Positions 1-11,672 of a stretch of DNA of 64,000 nucleotides are shown one piece after another; the first letter of the stretch is position 1; each line of letters begins with the position of its first letter. The stretch comes from Acidobacteriota bacterium. Lineage in GTDB: Bacteria; Acidobacteriota; Vicinamibacteria; Vicinamibacterales; UBA2999. The stretch lies in contig JBQTIE010000051.1 of assembly GCA_052389315.1 (NCBI GenBank), positions 2,793 to 66,792 on the forward strand, written 5' to 3'. The notes beneath the pieces are model-generated. The model was not told where the DNA came from. It worked only from the letters and a program-made list of their open reading frames with translations, and made no database searches. A program made the translations under genes and the position numbers.

Positions 1-951
<951 letters not shown>

Positions 952-963
952 GAAGGCTGCTCG

Positions 964-2115
964 TCAGGGGCGCGAGGCGTGCCGGTCCATGTGATCGATG
1001 AACTGCGAGAAGAGGTAGTCCGCATCGTGCGGACCCGGCGACGCCTCGGGATGATACTGGACGGAGTAGATGGGCCGATCGACCTGTTCCAAGCCCTCGA
1101 CGGTGCCGTCGTACAGGTTGAGGTGCGTCACGCGCGCGTTGGCGGGCAACGAGTCGGGATCCACCGCAAACCCGTGGTTCTGCGACGTAATCTCGATCCG
1201 GCTCGTCTCCAGCTGCTTGACGGGATGATTCGCGCCTCGGTGGCCGAACTTGAGCTTGTAGGTCCTGGCCCCCAGCGCGAGCCCCATCAGCTGGTGCCCG
1301 AGGCATATCCCGAAGATGGGGACCGTGCCGGCGTCGATCAGTTGCCTCACGTTGTCCACCGCGTAGGTCACGGCGGCCGGGTCCCCGGGCCCGTTACTCA
1401 GGAACACGCCGTCGGGATTCCACGCCAGAACCTCGCTGGCCGGCGTCGAGGCGGGAAACACGCGGATCTCGCACCCGTGCGCGGCCAGGCGTCGCAGGAT
1501 GTTGGTCTTGATGCCGAAGTCATAGGCCGCGACGCGCCGGGGGTGCCTGGCGCGGCGAAGCGGCGCCACGCCAAACGTCGCTTCCGCGACCGTGTCCGCC
1601 AGTGACGACACGTAATCGTACGGCGCAGCGCACGTGACGTCCTGCACCAGGTCGGCGCCTTCCATCATCGGAATGGCGCGTGCCCGCTCGACCAGGGCAT
1701 CGGGATCCAGCGCTGGACCGGTGGCGATCGCGCCGCGCATCACGCCGCCCGAGCGCAGCTTGCGGGTCAGGGCGCGGGTGTCGATGTCCCCGATGGCCAC
1801 GATGCCGTGCTGGCTGAGGTAGTCTTTCAGGGTCCCTTGCGCCCGCCAATTGCTGGCCATCGGCGAGAGATCGCGGACGACGAAGCCGGCAACCCGGGGG
1901 GCTCCCGACTCCTGGTCCGCCGCCGCGACGCCATAGTTGCCAATCTGCGGCGCGGTCATCGTCACGATCTGCCCGGCGTATGAAGGGTCGGTCAACACCT
2001 CCTGATAGCCGGTCATGCTCGTGTTGAAGACGACTTCGCCCGACGTCTCGCCCGCCGCGCCGGCAGAGACGCCCTTGAACCATGTGCCATCTTCGAGCGC
2101 CAGCATCGCGGTCAT
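964..2115 (-). CDS. carA: carbamoyl-phosphate synthase small (glutamine amidotransferase) subunit
   Basis: 383-aa ORF. N-domain [29 protein letters not shown] and GATase region [11 protein letters not shown] ... [14 protein letters not shown]. carAB gene order. Confidence 0.93.
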   Translation of the reverse strand: MTAMLALEDGTWFKGVSAGAAGETSGEVVFNTSMTGYQEVLTDPSYAGQIVTMTAPQIGNYGVAAADQESGAPRVAGFVVRDLSPMASNWRAQGTLKDYLSQHGIVAIGDIDTRALTRKLRSGGVMRGAIATGPALDPDALVERARAIPMMEGADLVQDVTCAAPYDYVSSLADTVAEATFGVAPLRRARHPRRVAAYDFGIKTNILRRLAAHGCEIRVFPASTPASEVLAWNPDGVFLSNGPGDPAAVTYAVDNVRQLIDAGTVPIFGICLGHQLMGLALGARTYKLKFGHRGANHPVKQLETSRIEITSQNHGFAVDPDSLPANARVTHLNLYDGTVEGLEQVDRPIYSVQYHPEASPGPHDADYLFSQFIDHMDRHASRP

Positions 2116-2321
2116 GCGTACGTATTCCTTCCAGGCACGGGCATTCGGCGTCGCGCGCGGCTCTGACCGAAGGAGACTGGCGGACCGTTTGAGGTGGAAC
2201 CGTCCCGGAGCACGGGTCGGCTCGCGATCTTATCACGCCATCGACCGACGGCGATGGTCGTGGGCCTCGGCCTCTCAGCTCGCTTGACAGTCTCTGTACG
2301 CGTCTGCAACAGTACCCCGAG

Positions 2322-3974
2322 GTGCAGTCCGACTCCACAGTCACCCAGACTTCGGCCGGTCTGGGCGTCGAAATTCGCCGCTTTCCGTGGATTCGACGCT
2401 TCGCCACCGACTACGCCGGCGCGTTTGACCGCGTCGCGCCGTATTTCTCCGGCAACCCCGCGCGACCCGACGCGTGGCGCACGGCCATCTCTCAGCGACA
2501 CGCCGCCCTTGCATCCCCGGCGGCCCTTGCCGCGCTCATCGATGCGCAGCAGGAGCGGCGCGGCGCGCCGCACGAGTCCCGGGCCACCGCAAGGCAACTG
2601 GCCGACCCGCGGGCCGTCGTCGTCATCACCGGTCAACAGGCGGGCCTTTTCGGGGGGCCCCTCTTCACGCTGCTGAAGGCTCTCACCACCCTCAAGCTGG
2701 CCCGGCGAGTGGCCGCCGAACATGGGGTGCCCGTCGTCCCCGTGTTCTGGATCGACGCCGAGGATCACGACTGGGCTGAAGTCAATCAATGCACCGTCCT
2801 CGATAGCGACGCGACACCGCGCACCCTGCGTCTGCCGGATCCGGCAGGTGCGGGCGACCAGCCCATCGCCCGTCTCCGGCTCGATCACGACGTCTTTCCC
2901 GTCCTCGACCAGATGGCCCGAGCGCTCCCGGACTCGGAGTTTCGAGGCAAGCTGCTGGAGCAGCTTACCGAGGCCTACCAGCCGGGGCGGAGCATGGCGG
3001 ACGCCTTCGGCTGTCTGATCGAGGCCTGGCTGGGTCGCTACGGGCTGGTGGTCTACGATTCGTCGGACGCCGCGGCCAAGCCGCTCGCGGCACCGATCTT
3101 CAGCCAGGAGCTATCCGATCCGGGAGCCACGGCGCGGCTCGCCTCGGCCGCGGGCCAGTCGCTGGTCGCCGCCGGGTACCACGCACAGGCCACGCCCCCC
3201 GACGGGGCGGTGTCGCTTTTCTACCTGAACAACGGGCGCGAGAGCGTACAGGTGGTCGGCACGCGCGCGACCATCGGCGAACGCGAGACCAGCCTGGCGG
3301 CGCTGCTGGACGAGGTCAAGGATTTCCCCGAGCACTTCAGCCCGAACGTCCTGCTCCGCCCCATCGTCCAGGATCGGCTCTTCCCGACGATTTGCTACGT
3401 GGCAGGACCCAACGAGCTGGCCTACCTGGGTCAGCTCCGCGAAATCTACACGCATTTCGGCGTGCCCATGCCGCTCATGTACCAGCGGGCGACGGCCACG
3501 ATCGTGGACTCGGCGACGCGGCGCTTCCTTGCCAAGTACCAACTCCCCCTCGAGGGACTGCAGGCGCAGGATGAAGCGGCGCTCAACCAGCTCCTGCAGG
3601 AGCAGCTGCCGCCGACGGTGGAGGGCGCACTGTCTCGGGCATCGGAGTTGGTGCGCGAGCAGATGGCATTGGTGGCCGAGGCCGTCAAGCAAATCGATCC
3701 GACGCTCGGCGGCGCGGTGAAGTCCACCCTCGGCCGGATGGAGCACGATCTGCGGTCGCTCCACAACAAGGTCATCCAGGCGGCCAAGCGCCGCGACGAC
3801 ACTCTGCGGCGTCAGTTCCAGCGCGCGCAGGGGCTGACATTCCCCAACGGACACCCGCAAGAGCGGGAAGTCGGGGTCGTGTGGTTCTTCAACCGCTACG
3901 GGCCCGCCCTGGTCGATCGCCTCCTCGAGGAGCTGTCACTGGAGATGGGCATCCACTGGGTGATGACGATCTGA
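2322..3974 (+). CDS. bshC: bacillithiol biosynthesis cysteine-adding enzyme BshC (YllA family)
   Basis: 550-aa ORF from GTG. Family-typical blocks VVITGQQAGLFGGPLFTLLKAL, VFWIDAEDHDWAEV and YVAGPNELAYLGQL. The stop overlaps the next start (TGATG). Confidence 0.78.
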   Translation: MQSDSTVTQTSAGLGVEIRRFPWIRRFATDYAGAFDRVAPYFSGNPARPDAWRTAISQRHAALASPAALAALIDAQQERRGAPHESRATARQLADPRAVVVITGQQAGLFGGPLFTLLKALTTLKLARRVAAEHGVPVVPVFWIDAEDHDWAEVNQCTVLDSDATPRTLRLPDPAGAGDQPIARLRLDHDVFPVLDQMARALPDSEFRGKLLEQLTEAYQPGRSMADAFGCLIEAWLGRYGLVVYDSSDAAAKPLAAPIFSQELSDPGATARLASAAGQSLVAAGYHAQATPPDGAVSLFYLNNGRESVQVVGTRATIGERETSLAALLDEVKDFPEHFSPNVLLRPIVQDRLFPTICYVAGPNELAYLGQLREIYTHFGVPMPLMYQRATATIVDSATRRFLAKYQLPLEGLQAQDEAALNQLLQEQLPPTVEGALSRASELVREQMALVAEAVKQIDPTLGGAVKSTLGRMEHDLRSLHNKVIQAAKRRDDTLRRQFQRAQGLTFPNGHPQEREVGVVWFFNRYGPALVDRLLEELSLEMGIHWVMTI

Positions 3975-6346
3975 TGGCCCGGGCCAGCGCGCGCCCGCGC
4001 CCGCGACGACGCCGTGGGCGCTTTCGCCTTCCGACGGCGCGCTGGGCACGCCTGGCGCTCGGCGGCGCGGCCGCGTTGGCGGTCGTCATCGTCGGCGTTC
4101 TGGGGTTCTACTACGTTCAGTTCTCGCGCCTCATCGACGCGCGCGTCACCGGGGAACGCGACCGCGTCATCCCACGCGTCTTCGCGCGACCGCTGACGCT
4201 GCACGCCGGCCAGGGGCTGAGCGAGAGCGATCTCATCGCGCGTCTCAACGATCTGGGCTACACGGACCGGTCGGTGATCGAGCGTCCGGGTGAATTTGCG
4301 CGCGATCGCCACCAGATCCTCATCGTGCCGCGCGGCGGCAACCACGCGGGCGCGCAGGTTCGCGTGGTCTTCCCGGAACCCCGGCCGGCCAAGGCCGGTC
4401 GGCCGACGCCGGCGCCACACAGTCGCATCGTCCGCGTCGAGGCGAACAATCGCCCGGTCACCGGTGTGACGCTCGATGCGCCGCTGTTGACCGGACTTGC
4501 CACCGGCTCGCGGGAGAAGCGGCGGCGCGTGGCGCTGGCGAGTATCCCCACCCACGTCCAGCAAGCGGTCCTCGCGATCGAGGACCGCCGCTTCTATGTG
4601 CACCCCGGCATCGACCCGATCAGCGTCGTGGGCGCCATCGCAACGAACCTGCGCGCCGATCGTCGATATCCGGTCGGCCGCAGCACGATCACCCAGCAGC
4701 TGGCCCGCATGTTCTTCTTGAGCGCCGAGTTCAACGCCGAGCTGCAATCCGGACAACGCTCCTACCGCCGCAAGGTCATGGAGGCCTTCATGGCGGTCGT
4801 CCTGGAGACCAGGGCCACCAAGGCCGAGATCCTCGAGCTCTATCTCAACGATATCTATCTCGGCAACCGCGGGTCGTTTGCCCTGCACGGCGTGGCAGAG
4901 GCGGCACGCATTTACTTCGGCAAGGACGTGAGCAACCTCACGCTTCCAGAAGCAGCGCTGATCGCCGGCGTCATTCAAAACCCGTCATTGCACTCGCCGT
5001 TCGTGAACACGTCCCGCGCCAAGGCGCGTCGAGACGACGTGCTGGCGGCGATGGCCGAGACCGAGTTCATCTCGCCGGAGGCCGCCGCGCGTGCGGCGGC
5101 CCAGCCTGTCGCCGTGGCCGCGCGAGCCGTGGACAACGAAGCGCCGTACTTCGTGGACTATGTGAGCGAGCAGCTACGCACGCTGGTGCCGGGGATCACC
5201 CAGCGCGAGGGAGCCCTGGACGTCTTCACCACGCTCGATCTCAATCTGCAGCGTTACGCCCAATCAGCGGTGGCCGAGGGGCTGACGCGGGTCGATCAGA
5301 TTCTGGCCAAGCGGCGTCGCCGCGCGGGCCCTGCCCAGGCGGCCCTCGTGGCGCTCGATCCGAAGACCGGTGACGTGCTGGCGATGGTGGGCGGCCGCTT
5401 CTACAACCAGTCCCAGTTCAATCGCGCCACCGCGGGCCGCCGCCAACCCGGCTCCACCTTCAAGCCGTTCGTCTACCTGGCGGCGTTCGAGCGGGCCGCC
5501 GACGAGGGGCGCGCCGACCTTACGCCGGCAACCATGGTGTGGGACGAACCCACCACGTGGACCTATGACGAGCAGGAATGGTCGCCGCGCAATTACGAAG
5601 ACGAGTACGACGGGTTCATCCCGCTCAGGCGCGCCCTCGCCCTGTCACGCAACATCGCGACCATCAAGGTCGCTGAACAGGTCGGGTTCGACCAGGTGGC
5701 CACTCTGTGGCGCAAACTCAAAGTCGGCACCTCCGTCCTTCGGGGGTACCCATCGGTCGCCCTCGGCGTGTTCGAGCTGACACCGCTCGAACTGGCCACC
5801 GCGTACACGCTCTTTCCGAACAGCGGGTCCCTCAAACCGCCCCGCGCCTTGGTCAGGGTGCAGGCCCGCGAGACCGTGGTCACGCCCGCCTCGGAGCCCG
5901 GGCCGTCGGTGGCCCGCGACTCGACGACGTTCCTGGTCACCAACATGATGCGGAGTGTCCTCAACGAAGGCACCGGTGCCGGGGCGCGTGCCGCGGGCTT
6001 CTCGTTCGACGCCGCCGGCAAGACCGGCACGACCAACGACCTCCGGGATGCCTGGTTCGTGGGATTCACGCCGGACCTGCTGGCCGTGGTCTGGGTGGGA
6101 TTCGACGACAACACCCCCCTGGGGCTCAGCGGCACCCAGGCGGCGCTCCCCATCTGGACCGAGTTCATGAAGCGCGCCCTGGCGGGCCAGCCGAGCGGAG
6201 GATTCGAGGCTCCCCCTGGTGTCAGCTTCGTGGCGGTTGACCGCGACACCGGGCGTCTGGCGCTGCCGACCTGCCCGCGCGTCACCGAGGAAGCCTTCCT
6301 GGCCGGAACCGAGCCCCTGGAATTCTGCGATTTGCACCGATGGTAG
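3974..6346 (+). CDS. class A penicillin-binding protein (bifunctional glycosyltransferase/transpeptidase, PBP1A type)
   Basis: GT51 motifs IEDRRFYVHPGIDP and RSTITQQLAR. Transpeptidase motifs GSTFKP (SxxK), LSRN and KTGTT. N-terminal Arg-rich tail plus one TM helix. I place the start at ATG 3974 (overlapping the bshC stop) rather than the track start at 3881. Confidence 0.9.
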   Translation: MARASARPRPRRRRGRFRLPTARWARLALGGAAALAVVIVGVLGFYYVQFSRLIDARVTGERDRVIPRVFARPLTLHAGQGLSESDLIARLNDLGYTDRSVIERPGEFARDRHQILIVPRGGNHAGAQVRVVFPEPRPAKAGRPTPAPHSRIVRVEANNRPVTGVTLDAPLLTGLATGSREKRRRVALASIPTHVQQAVLAIEDRRFYVHPGIDPISVVGAIATNLRADRRYPVGRSTITQQLARMFFLSAEFNAELQSGQRSYRRKVMEAFMAVVLETRATKAEILELYLNDIYLGNRGSFALHGVAEAARIYFGKDVSNLTLPEAALIAGVIQNPSLHSPFVNTSRAKARRDDVLAAMAETEFISPEAAARAAAQPVAVAARAVDNEAPYFVDYVSEQLRTLVPGITQREGALDVFTTLDLNLQRYAQSAVAEGLTRVDQILAKRRRRAGPAQAALVALDPKTGDVLAMVGGRFYNQSQFNRATAGRRQPGSTFKPFVYLAAFERAADEGRADLTPATMVWDEPTTWTYDEQEWSPRNYEDEYDGFIPLRRALALSRNIATIKVAEQVGFDQVATLWRKLKVGTSVLRGYPSVALGVFELTPLELATAYTLFPNSGSLKPPRALVRVQARETVVTPASEPGPSVARDSTTFLVTNMMRSVLNEGTGAGARAAGFSFDAAGKTGTTNDLRDAWFVGFTPDLLAVVWVGFDDNTPLGLSGTQAALPIWTEFMKRALAGQPSGGFEAPPGVSFVAVDRDTGRLALPTCPRVTEEAFLAGTEPLEFCDLHRW

Positions 6347-6355
6347 CCGGGCCAG

Positions 6356-7231
6356 GTGTCGGCCCGTCGAGCCCCGTATAATTCTCCTGTGAACCACGAA
6401 GTCTTCGCTGCCCTCGGTGAGGCCCTGGCCCAGGGAGAAGACGTGGCGCTTGTCACCATCGTCGCGGCCAACGGATCCACGCCACAGCGAGTCGGCGCCA
6501 AGATGCTGGTCTACGCGGACGGTCGCGTCATCGGCACCATCGGGGGCGGGTGTTACGAAAACGAGGCGCTCTGGAAGGCACGAGAGGCGCTCAAGACTCG
6601 GAAGGCCTGCACGGTGCGTTACGAGCTGGCCGACGAGTTCGCCGCGGAGTCTGGCCTCATCTGCGGTGGCCAGATGGAGGTTTTCATCGAGCCGATCGAG
6701 CCGTCGCCCACCGTCTACGTCTTTGGCGCCGGCCACGTCGGGCAGTTCGTGGGGCGGGTGGCCAACGATGCCGGGTTTCGCGTGCACGTGGTCGATGATC
6801 GTGCACAGTTTGCCAACCGTGAGCGCTTCCCCACCGCCGCCGACATCGTGGTCGACGACATTCCAGCGTGGCTCGCGCGCACGACGTTACCCTCGTCGGC
6901 GTATGTCGTGATCGTCACGCGGGGGCATCGACACGACCTCGATGCGCTGCGCGCCCTGGCGCCGCGCCAGCTCCGGTATCTGGGGCTCATCGGCAGCCGG
7001 GCGAAGGTCAAGCGCTTGTATGACGCGCTCCTGGAAGAGGGCTCGGTCCCCGTCGAGAGCTTCGAGAGCATTCACGCGCCGATCGGGCTCGACATCGGCG
7101 CGGTGACACCTCAGGAGATCGCTGTCGCCATCGTGGCCGAACTCATTGCCGTCCGGCGTGGTAAGACCCAGGCCATTGCCGAGGCGTCGCTGCGCTGGAT
7201 GCCGAAGCTGCACGTGCCGCAGAAGCTGTAG
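6356..7231 (+). CDS. XdhC/CoxI-family accessory protein (molybdoenzyme maturation factor-like)
   Basis: N-domain GSTPQRVGAKMLVYADGRVIGTIGGGCYE and C-terminal Rossmann segment VYVFGAGHVGQFVGRVANDAGFRVHVVDDR. An alternative GTG start exists at 6389. Confidence 0.82.
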   Translation: MSARRAPYNSPVNHEVFAALGEALAQGEDVALVTIVAANGSTPQRVGAKMLVYADGRVIGTIGGGCYENEALWKAREALKTRKACTVRYELADEFAAESGLICGGQMEVFIEPIEPSPTVYVFGAGHVGQFVGRVANDAGFRVHVVDDRAQFANRERFPTAADIVVDDIPAWLARTTLPSSAYVVIVTRGHRHDLDALRALAPRQLRYLGLIGSRAKVKRLYDALLEEGSVPVESFESIHAPIGLDIGAVTPQEIAVAIVAELIAVRRGKTQAIAEASLRWMPKLHVPQKL

Positions 7232-7247
7232 CGCCCTGGTCGGCCCC

Positions 7248-8570
7248 GTGTCGCTGGTCGTTCGCAACGCCGTCATCCTGACCATGAACGACGCCCTCGA
7301 CATCGTCGAGGGTGACGTCTGGGTCGAAGACGGTGTCATCCGCGCGGTCGGGGAGGTGGGCACACCGGCGGTCGATCGCGTCATCAACGCCTGGGGCGGC
7401 TATCTCCTTCCGGGCTTCATCCAGACACACGTTCACCTCTGTCAAACGCTCTTTCGCGGCTACGCGGACGACTTGCCGTTGCTCGAGTGGCTCAGGTCCC
7501 GGATCTGGCCCATGGAGGCCGCGCACTCGCCACGGTCACTGGCGGCCTCGGCTCGATTGGCGGCCGCGGAACTGCTCCTTGGCGGGACGACCACCGTGCT
7601 CACCATGGAGACGGTGCACGACACCGACGCCGTGTTCGAGGCGTTGGAGCCGACCGGGCTGCGCGCCATCGTCGGCAAATGCATGATGGACTTCGACGCC
7701 GCCGTGCCGGCCCGCCTCCTCGAGGACACGACCCGATCGATCGACGAGAGCCTGGCGTTGGCCGCGAGGTGGCACGATCGCGCCGACGGGCGGCTGCGCG
7801 CGGCGTTCGCGCCGAGGTTCGCCATCTCGTGCACGCCTGAACTCCTCGAAGCGGTGGCCTCGCTCTCACGCGAGCACGGCCTGCTGGTCCACACGCATGC
7901 GTCTGAAAACCGTGAGGAGATCGCCCGCGTCCTCGAGCGAACCGGGCACGCCAATGTCGCGTATCTCGAATCGGTCGGGCTGGCCTCCCCCAACCTGTGC
8001 CTGGCACACTGCGTCTGGGCTGACGCGGCCGAGCAGGCGCTGCTCGCGGCGCGAGACGTCAAGGTGCTGCACTGCCCCGGATCCAATCTCAAGCTCGCTT
8101 CGGGCATCGCGCCGGTGGCCGCCATGCGGGCCAGGGGCATTTGCGTGTCGCTCGGCGCTGATGGCGCGGCGTGCAACAACCAGTTGGACATGTTCGCGGA
8201 GATGCGATTGGCGGCGGGGCTCCAGGCGATCGGCCACGGCGCCCGGGCCCTCCGGGCCGAGGACGTGTTGTGGATGGCGACGCGTGACGGGGCACGCACC
8301 ATCGGCCTCGACGCCGAGGTCGGATCGATCGAGCCCGGCAAGCGCGCCGATTTCATCGTCGTCGACCGCGATCGCCCTCACCTGGCGACCAGCCCCCATC
8401 CGTATTCCGCCATCGTCTACGCGGCGCGACCAAGCGACGTCCGGACGACGGTGGTGGACGGTCAGCTGCTCGTGGATGAGTTTCGGCTGACAGGCCTCGA
8501 CGTGGAGGAGACGGTGGCCGACGCTCGACGTGAGGCGACGGCGTTGGTCCATCGCGCCTTCGACGCCTGA
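7248..8570 (+). CDS. amidohydrolase of the COG0402 deaminase/chlorohydrolase group (MTA/SAH-deaminase-like)
   Basis: VVRNAVILTMND...GDVWVEDGVIRAVGE, metal-binding HVHLCQTLFRGYADDLPLLEWL, and later HTHASEN and LGADGAACNN. Start set at GTG 7248, after the XdhC stop; the track start at 7146 overlaps XdhC. Confidence 0.72.
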   Translation: MSLVVRNAVILTMNDALDIVEGDVWVEDGVIRAVGEVGTPAVDRVINAWGGYLLPGFIQTHVHLCQTLFRGYADDLPLLEWLRSRIWPMEAAHSPRSLAASARLAAAELLLGGTTTVLTMETVHDTDAVFEALEPTGLRAIVGKCMMDFDAAVPARLLEDTTRSIDESLALAARWHDRADGRLRAAFAPRFAISCTPELLEAVASLSREHGLLVHTHASENREEIARVLERTGHANVAYLESVGLASPNLCLAHCVWADAAEQALLAARDVKVLHCPGSNLKLASGIAPVAAMRARGICVSLGADGAACNNQLDMFAEMRLAAGLQAIGHGARALRAEDVLWMATRDGARTIGLDAEVGSIEPGKRADFIVVDRDRPHLATSPHPYSAIVYAARPSDVRTTVVDGQLLVDEFRLTGLDVEETVADARREATALVHRAFDA

Positions 8571-8582
8571 CGACGGCCCGAT

Positions 8583-11435
8583 TCAGGGTGGCAGAGACGC
8601 CGCTTCGGAGACGTGGAGCAGCAAGGCCGAGGCGCGCGAGCCGGCCACCTCCTTGAGGGTGGGCAGCGGGCTGACGTAGTTTGCCAACACGGGCTCGGCC
8701 CGGCTCCCACGCCGCAGATCGGGTCCGGTTCTGAGCAGCTCTTCGGCGCCCGCCGCGTCAAGCGGACGCGAGAACAGATACCCTTGCGCATGGCGGCAGC
8801 CGAGCCGGGACAGCTCCGTGAGCTGATCCACCGTTTCCACGCCCTCGGCGATCACGAGCGTGTCGAGCGTCCGAGCCAGAGCGAGGATGCTCTCCACGAT
8901 GGCGGGGCAATCATTCTGTCGCAGGCTGGCCACGAACGACCGGTCGATCTTGAGCGCGTCGACGGGCAGACGATGAAGGTGGCTCAGCGAGGAGTAGCCG
9001 GTCCCGAAGTCGTCCAGATAGATCTGGACGCCGAGACCGCGAAGCTCGCGCAAGACATCGGCGACGGCCTCCGGGCGATTCATCAGGCTCGTCTCGGTGA
9101 TTTCCAGCCGGAGTTCGCCGCGCGACAACTTGGCCTCGCGTATGACCTCGCCTACCAGCGCGACGAAATCGGGCCGCATCAGCTGCTTGGGTGAGACATT
9201 CACGGTGATTCCGGACAGCGGCTGGTCCGGGTATCGCCGGCGCCAGGTCGCAAACTGCTGGCACGCCTGTCTGAGGACCCATTCACCGATGGGTTCCACC
9301 GCACCGATTTCCTCGGCCAGCGGAATGAATCGCGACGGCAAGATCGTCTGCCCCCCGCGCCTCCAGCGGACGAGCGCTTCGAACCCGGTCCAGGCGCCGG
9401 AGTGCAGCGCCACGATCGGCTGGTAGTGCAGCACGAGTTGATCGCGGTCGACGGCCTGCCGGAGATCGTTTTCGAACGCCAGGCGGTCGCGATCCTCGGC
9501 CTGCATGTCGGCGTCGAACACTTCGTGGCGTGCCTTGCCGCGCGCCTTCGCGCGGTACATGGCCGCATCGGCGTTGCGCATGATCTCTTCCGGCGACGCC
9601 GTGTCGGGCCCGCTGACCGCCACCCCGATGCTCGCGCTCACGAACAGCTCTCGCCCTCCGAGGACGATCGGGGCGCGCACCGCATCCTGAATGCGCGCAG
9701 CCACGGCGCACGCCTGGTTCGCGCTCTGCACGTCGTGGAGCAGCATCGTGAACTCGTCGCCCCCCATTCTGGCCAGCACGTCGCCGTCGCGCAGGCAGGT
9801 ACGCAGCCGCTCGGACACCTGCACGAGCAGTTCATCCGCCACCAGGTGGCCCAGGTTGTCGTTGACGAACTTGAAGCGGTCCATGTCCAGGAACAGGACC
9901 GCGCAGCGGTGAACCGGCATCTCAGCCCGGCGGGCCAGCGAGCGCGCCAGCAAGTCGGTGAACAAACGGCGATTCGGCAAGCCGGTGAGCGTGTCGTGCG
10001 TGGCCGCATGGCGCAGCCGTTCCTGCGACGCCGCCCGATCGGTGACGTCTGTCAGAGACCCCGCGATCCTGGTCGCACGGCCGCTGCCGTTCCTGACCGC
10101 CGCGCCTCGGCAAAGCACCCACCGTACCGAGCCGTCCGGCGTCACGACCCGATGCTCGTGCTGGAACTGGTCCGTGTCCCCTCGGATGTGAGCCTGCAGC
10201 GCCTTCTCGAGCGCCGGCCGGTCTTCAACAGGCACACGCGCGAACCACTCGTCGCTTCCGGTCCCGTGGCCCTCCTCCGACGGGAGTCCGACAATAGAGC
10301 GCCAGCGGGCGGAAAAGTACACCTGACCGGAGACGAGGTCCCAGTCCCACACGCCGTCGTTGGCACCCGAGGCGGCCAACGCATAGCGTTCCTCGCTTCG
10401 TTTGAGCGCGCGCTCGGCCTCGGCGCGGTCCGTCACGTCGTTCCAGATGACAGTGGCCCCCCCATGAAACGGCAGCACCCGTACCTGGAGCATCCGCCGG
10501 GTGTCGCCACGGCCGAGGCTGAAGGGGTCGAGCAGCTGCGGCGAGCCCGTCGAGAGCGCTGTGCTGAGGGCGCGCGGCAGGTCGGTGACGTGCAGGGCCG
10601 GGACCGCCTGGGCGATCGAACGGCCCAGCGCGTGGGCCCGATTGCACTGCAGCATCCGTTCGAGCGCGTCGTTCCAGAGCGTCACCTGGCCGTTGCAGTC
10701 GATGACCGCCAGGCCCTCGTGGAGTGACTCAATCACGTTCTTGTGACGATTGTTGTCGCCGACTCGCCCGGCGTAGACGTGATAGGCGCGGTGCGTCAGA
10801 TACAGCGGGATCCCGAGGACGGGCAGCAGGATCCAGAGACCTTCATCGATCACCGCGGCCCCGATCGCGCCGACCGCCGCACCGATGAGGTAGCCCGGGA
10901 GACTCCAATGCAGCAGCTCGGCCCAGCCCGCAGGCCCGTCCCCAGCCGACGCCTTCAACAGTGTGTAGGTTCCCGTCTGGAGGATGGCGTACGCGACACA
11001 CAGCGCCAGCAGCGGCAGGATCAGTCCCACGCCGTCGAACGAGCGAACCGCACCACCGGCGAGTCGATAGGCCAGGCCGCTCACCTGGAGGGCGGTGACA
11101 GCGACCGCGACGGTGCTCGCGATGCGCAGCGGCGACCGACTCCGCTCGACCACCCCGGCGTGCATCGCCGCACCCGCGCCCACGATGGGGATCGCGAGGT
11201 GGGGGCCAAACAACAACAGCGCCGCGCAGTCCACTGCCAAGGTGGCTGGAATCACGTCGCGACCGTCGCCGGCCGGTACGGGAAGCCTGCACGCACCGGC
11301 GAGGATGGCGAGGGCCAGCAGCACGAAGAACTCCGGCCATTGGTCGGATGGCGGGACCTTCGCCAGAGTGAGCCACAGGCTCAGTCCCCCGACGATCAGG
11401 GCGATCTCGACCGCTGTGCGGTGGCGGGCCGTCAT
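8583..11435 (-). CDS. membrane-anchored PAS-PAS-GGDEF-EAL c-di-GMP signalling protein
   Basis: About 250 aa of N-terminal hydrophobic helices and two PAS-like segments. Intact GGDEF (RMGGDEFTML) and EAL-domain motifs (FEALVRW, DDFGTGYSS, EGVET). Start taken at ATG 11435 (MTARHRTAVEIALIVGG); the track start at 11606 adds a Cys/Arg-rich tail that looks non-coding. Confidence 0.88.
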   Translation of the reverse strand: MTARHRTAVEIALIVGGLSLWLTLAKVPPSDQWPEFFVLLALAILAGACRLPVPAGDGRDVIPATLAVDCAALLLFGPHLAIPIVGAGAAMHAGVVERSRSPLRIASTVAVAVTALQVSGLAYRLAGGAVRSFDGVGLILPLLALCVAYAILQTGTYTLLKASAGDGPAGWAELLHWSLPGYLIGAAVGAIGAAVIDEGLWILLPVLGIPLYLTHRAYHVYAGRVGDNNRHKNVIESLHEGLAVIDCNGQVTLWNDALERMLQCNRAHALGRSIAQAVPALHVTDLPRALSTALSTGSPQLLDPFSLGRGDTRRMLQVRVLPFHGGATVIWNDVTDRAEAERALKRSEERYALAASGANDGVWDWDLVSGQVYFSARWRSIVGLPSEEGHGTGSDEWFARVPVEDRPALEKALQAHIRGDTDQFQHEHRVVTPDGSVRWVLCRGAAVRNGSGRATRIAGSLTDVTDRAASQERLRHAATHDTLTGLPNRRLFTDLLARSLARRAEMPVHRCAVLFLDMDRFKFVNDNLGHLVADELLVQVSERLRTCLRDGDVLARMGGDEFTMLLHDVQSANQACAVAARIQDAVRAPIVLGGRELFVSASIGVAVSGPDTASPEEIMRNADAAMYRAKARGKARHEVFDADMQAEDRDRLAFENDLRQAVDRDQLVLHYQPIVALHSGAWTGFEALVRWRRGGQTILPSRFIPLAEEIGAVEPIGEWVLRQACQQFATWRRRYPDQPLSGITVNVSPKQLMRPDFVALVGEVIREAKLSRGELRLEITETSLMNRPEAVADVLRELRGLGVQIYLDDFGTGYSSLSHLHRLPVDALKIDRSFVASLRQNDCPAIVESILALARTLDTLVIAEGVETVDQLTELSRLGCRHAQGYLFSRPLDAAGAEELLRTGPDLRRGSRAEPVLANYVSPLPTLKEVAGSRASALLLHVSEAASLPP

Positions 11436-11660
11436 GTCAGACGCGTTGCTCGGCGAGACGAGACACATCGTCGCCGAAGTTCGGCGTTTGTCCGGATCGC
11501 AAGACGAGGGCCACTGGGAACCCACAGCACCGGTCGCGCAGCCAAGTCCAGTTGTGCGCAATGCCGTGAGGCAGCCGCCGCAAAGCGCTGCTCCGCGGCG
11601 GCACACGGGGGCGCCAATTCTGTCACCAGGGCTCCAAACGGGCCGTGCGCCCGCGGCGCG

Positions 11661-11669
11661 TGCTATACT
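11661..11669 (+). promoter_or_regulatory. extended -10 promoter element TGcTATACT for hrcA
   Basis: TGCTATACT sits 3 nt upstream of the CIRCE left arm. No convincing -35 element was seen. Confidence 0.5.
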
Positions 11670-11672
11670 GCG

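Noticed and set aside
11574-11602. 8-bp GC stem (GCCGCCGC ... GCGGCGGC) with a 13-nt loop in the 263-bp gap between the GGDEF-EAL gene and hrcA
   Set aside because: It could be an insulator, a terminator or part of a leader. However, it has no U-tract and no known riboswitch-like conserved core, and such stems arise readily at this GC content.
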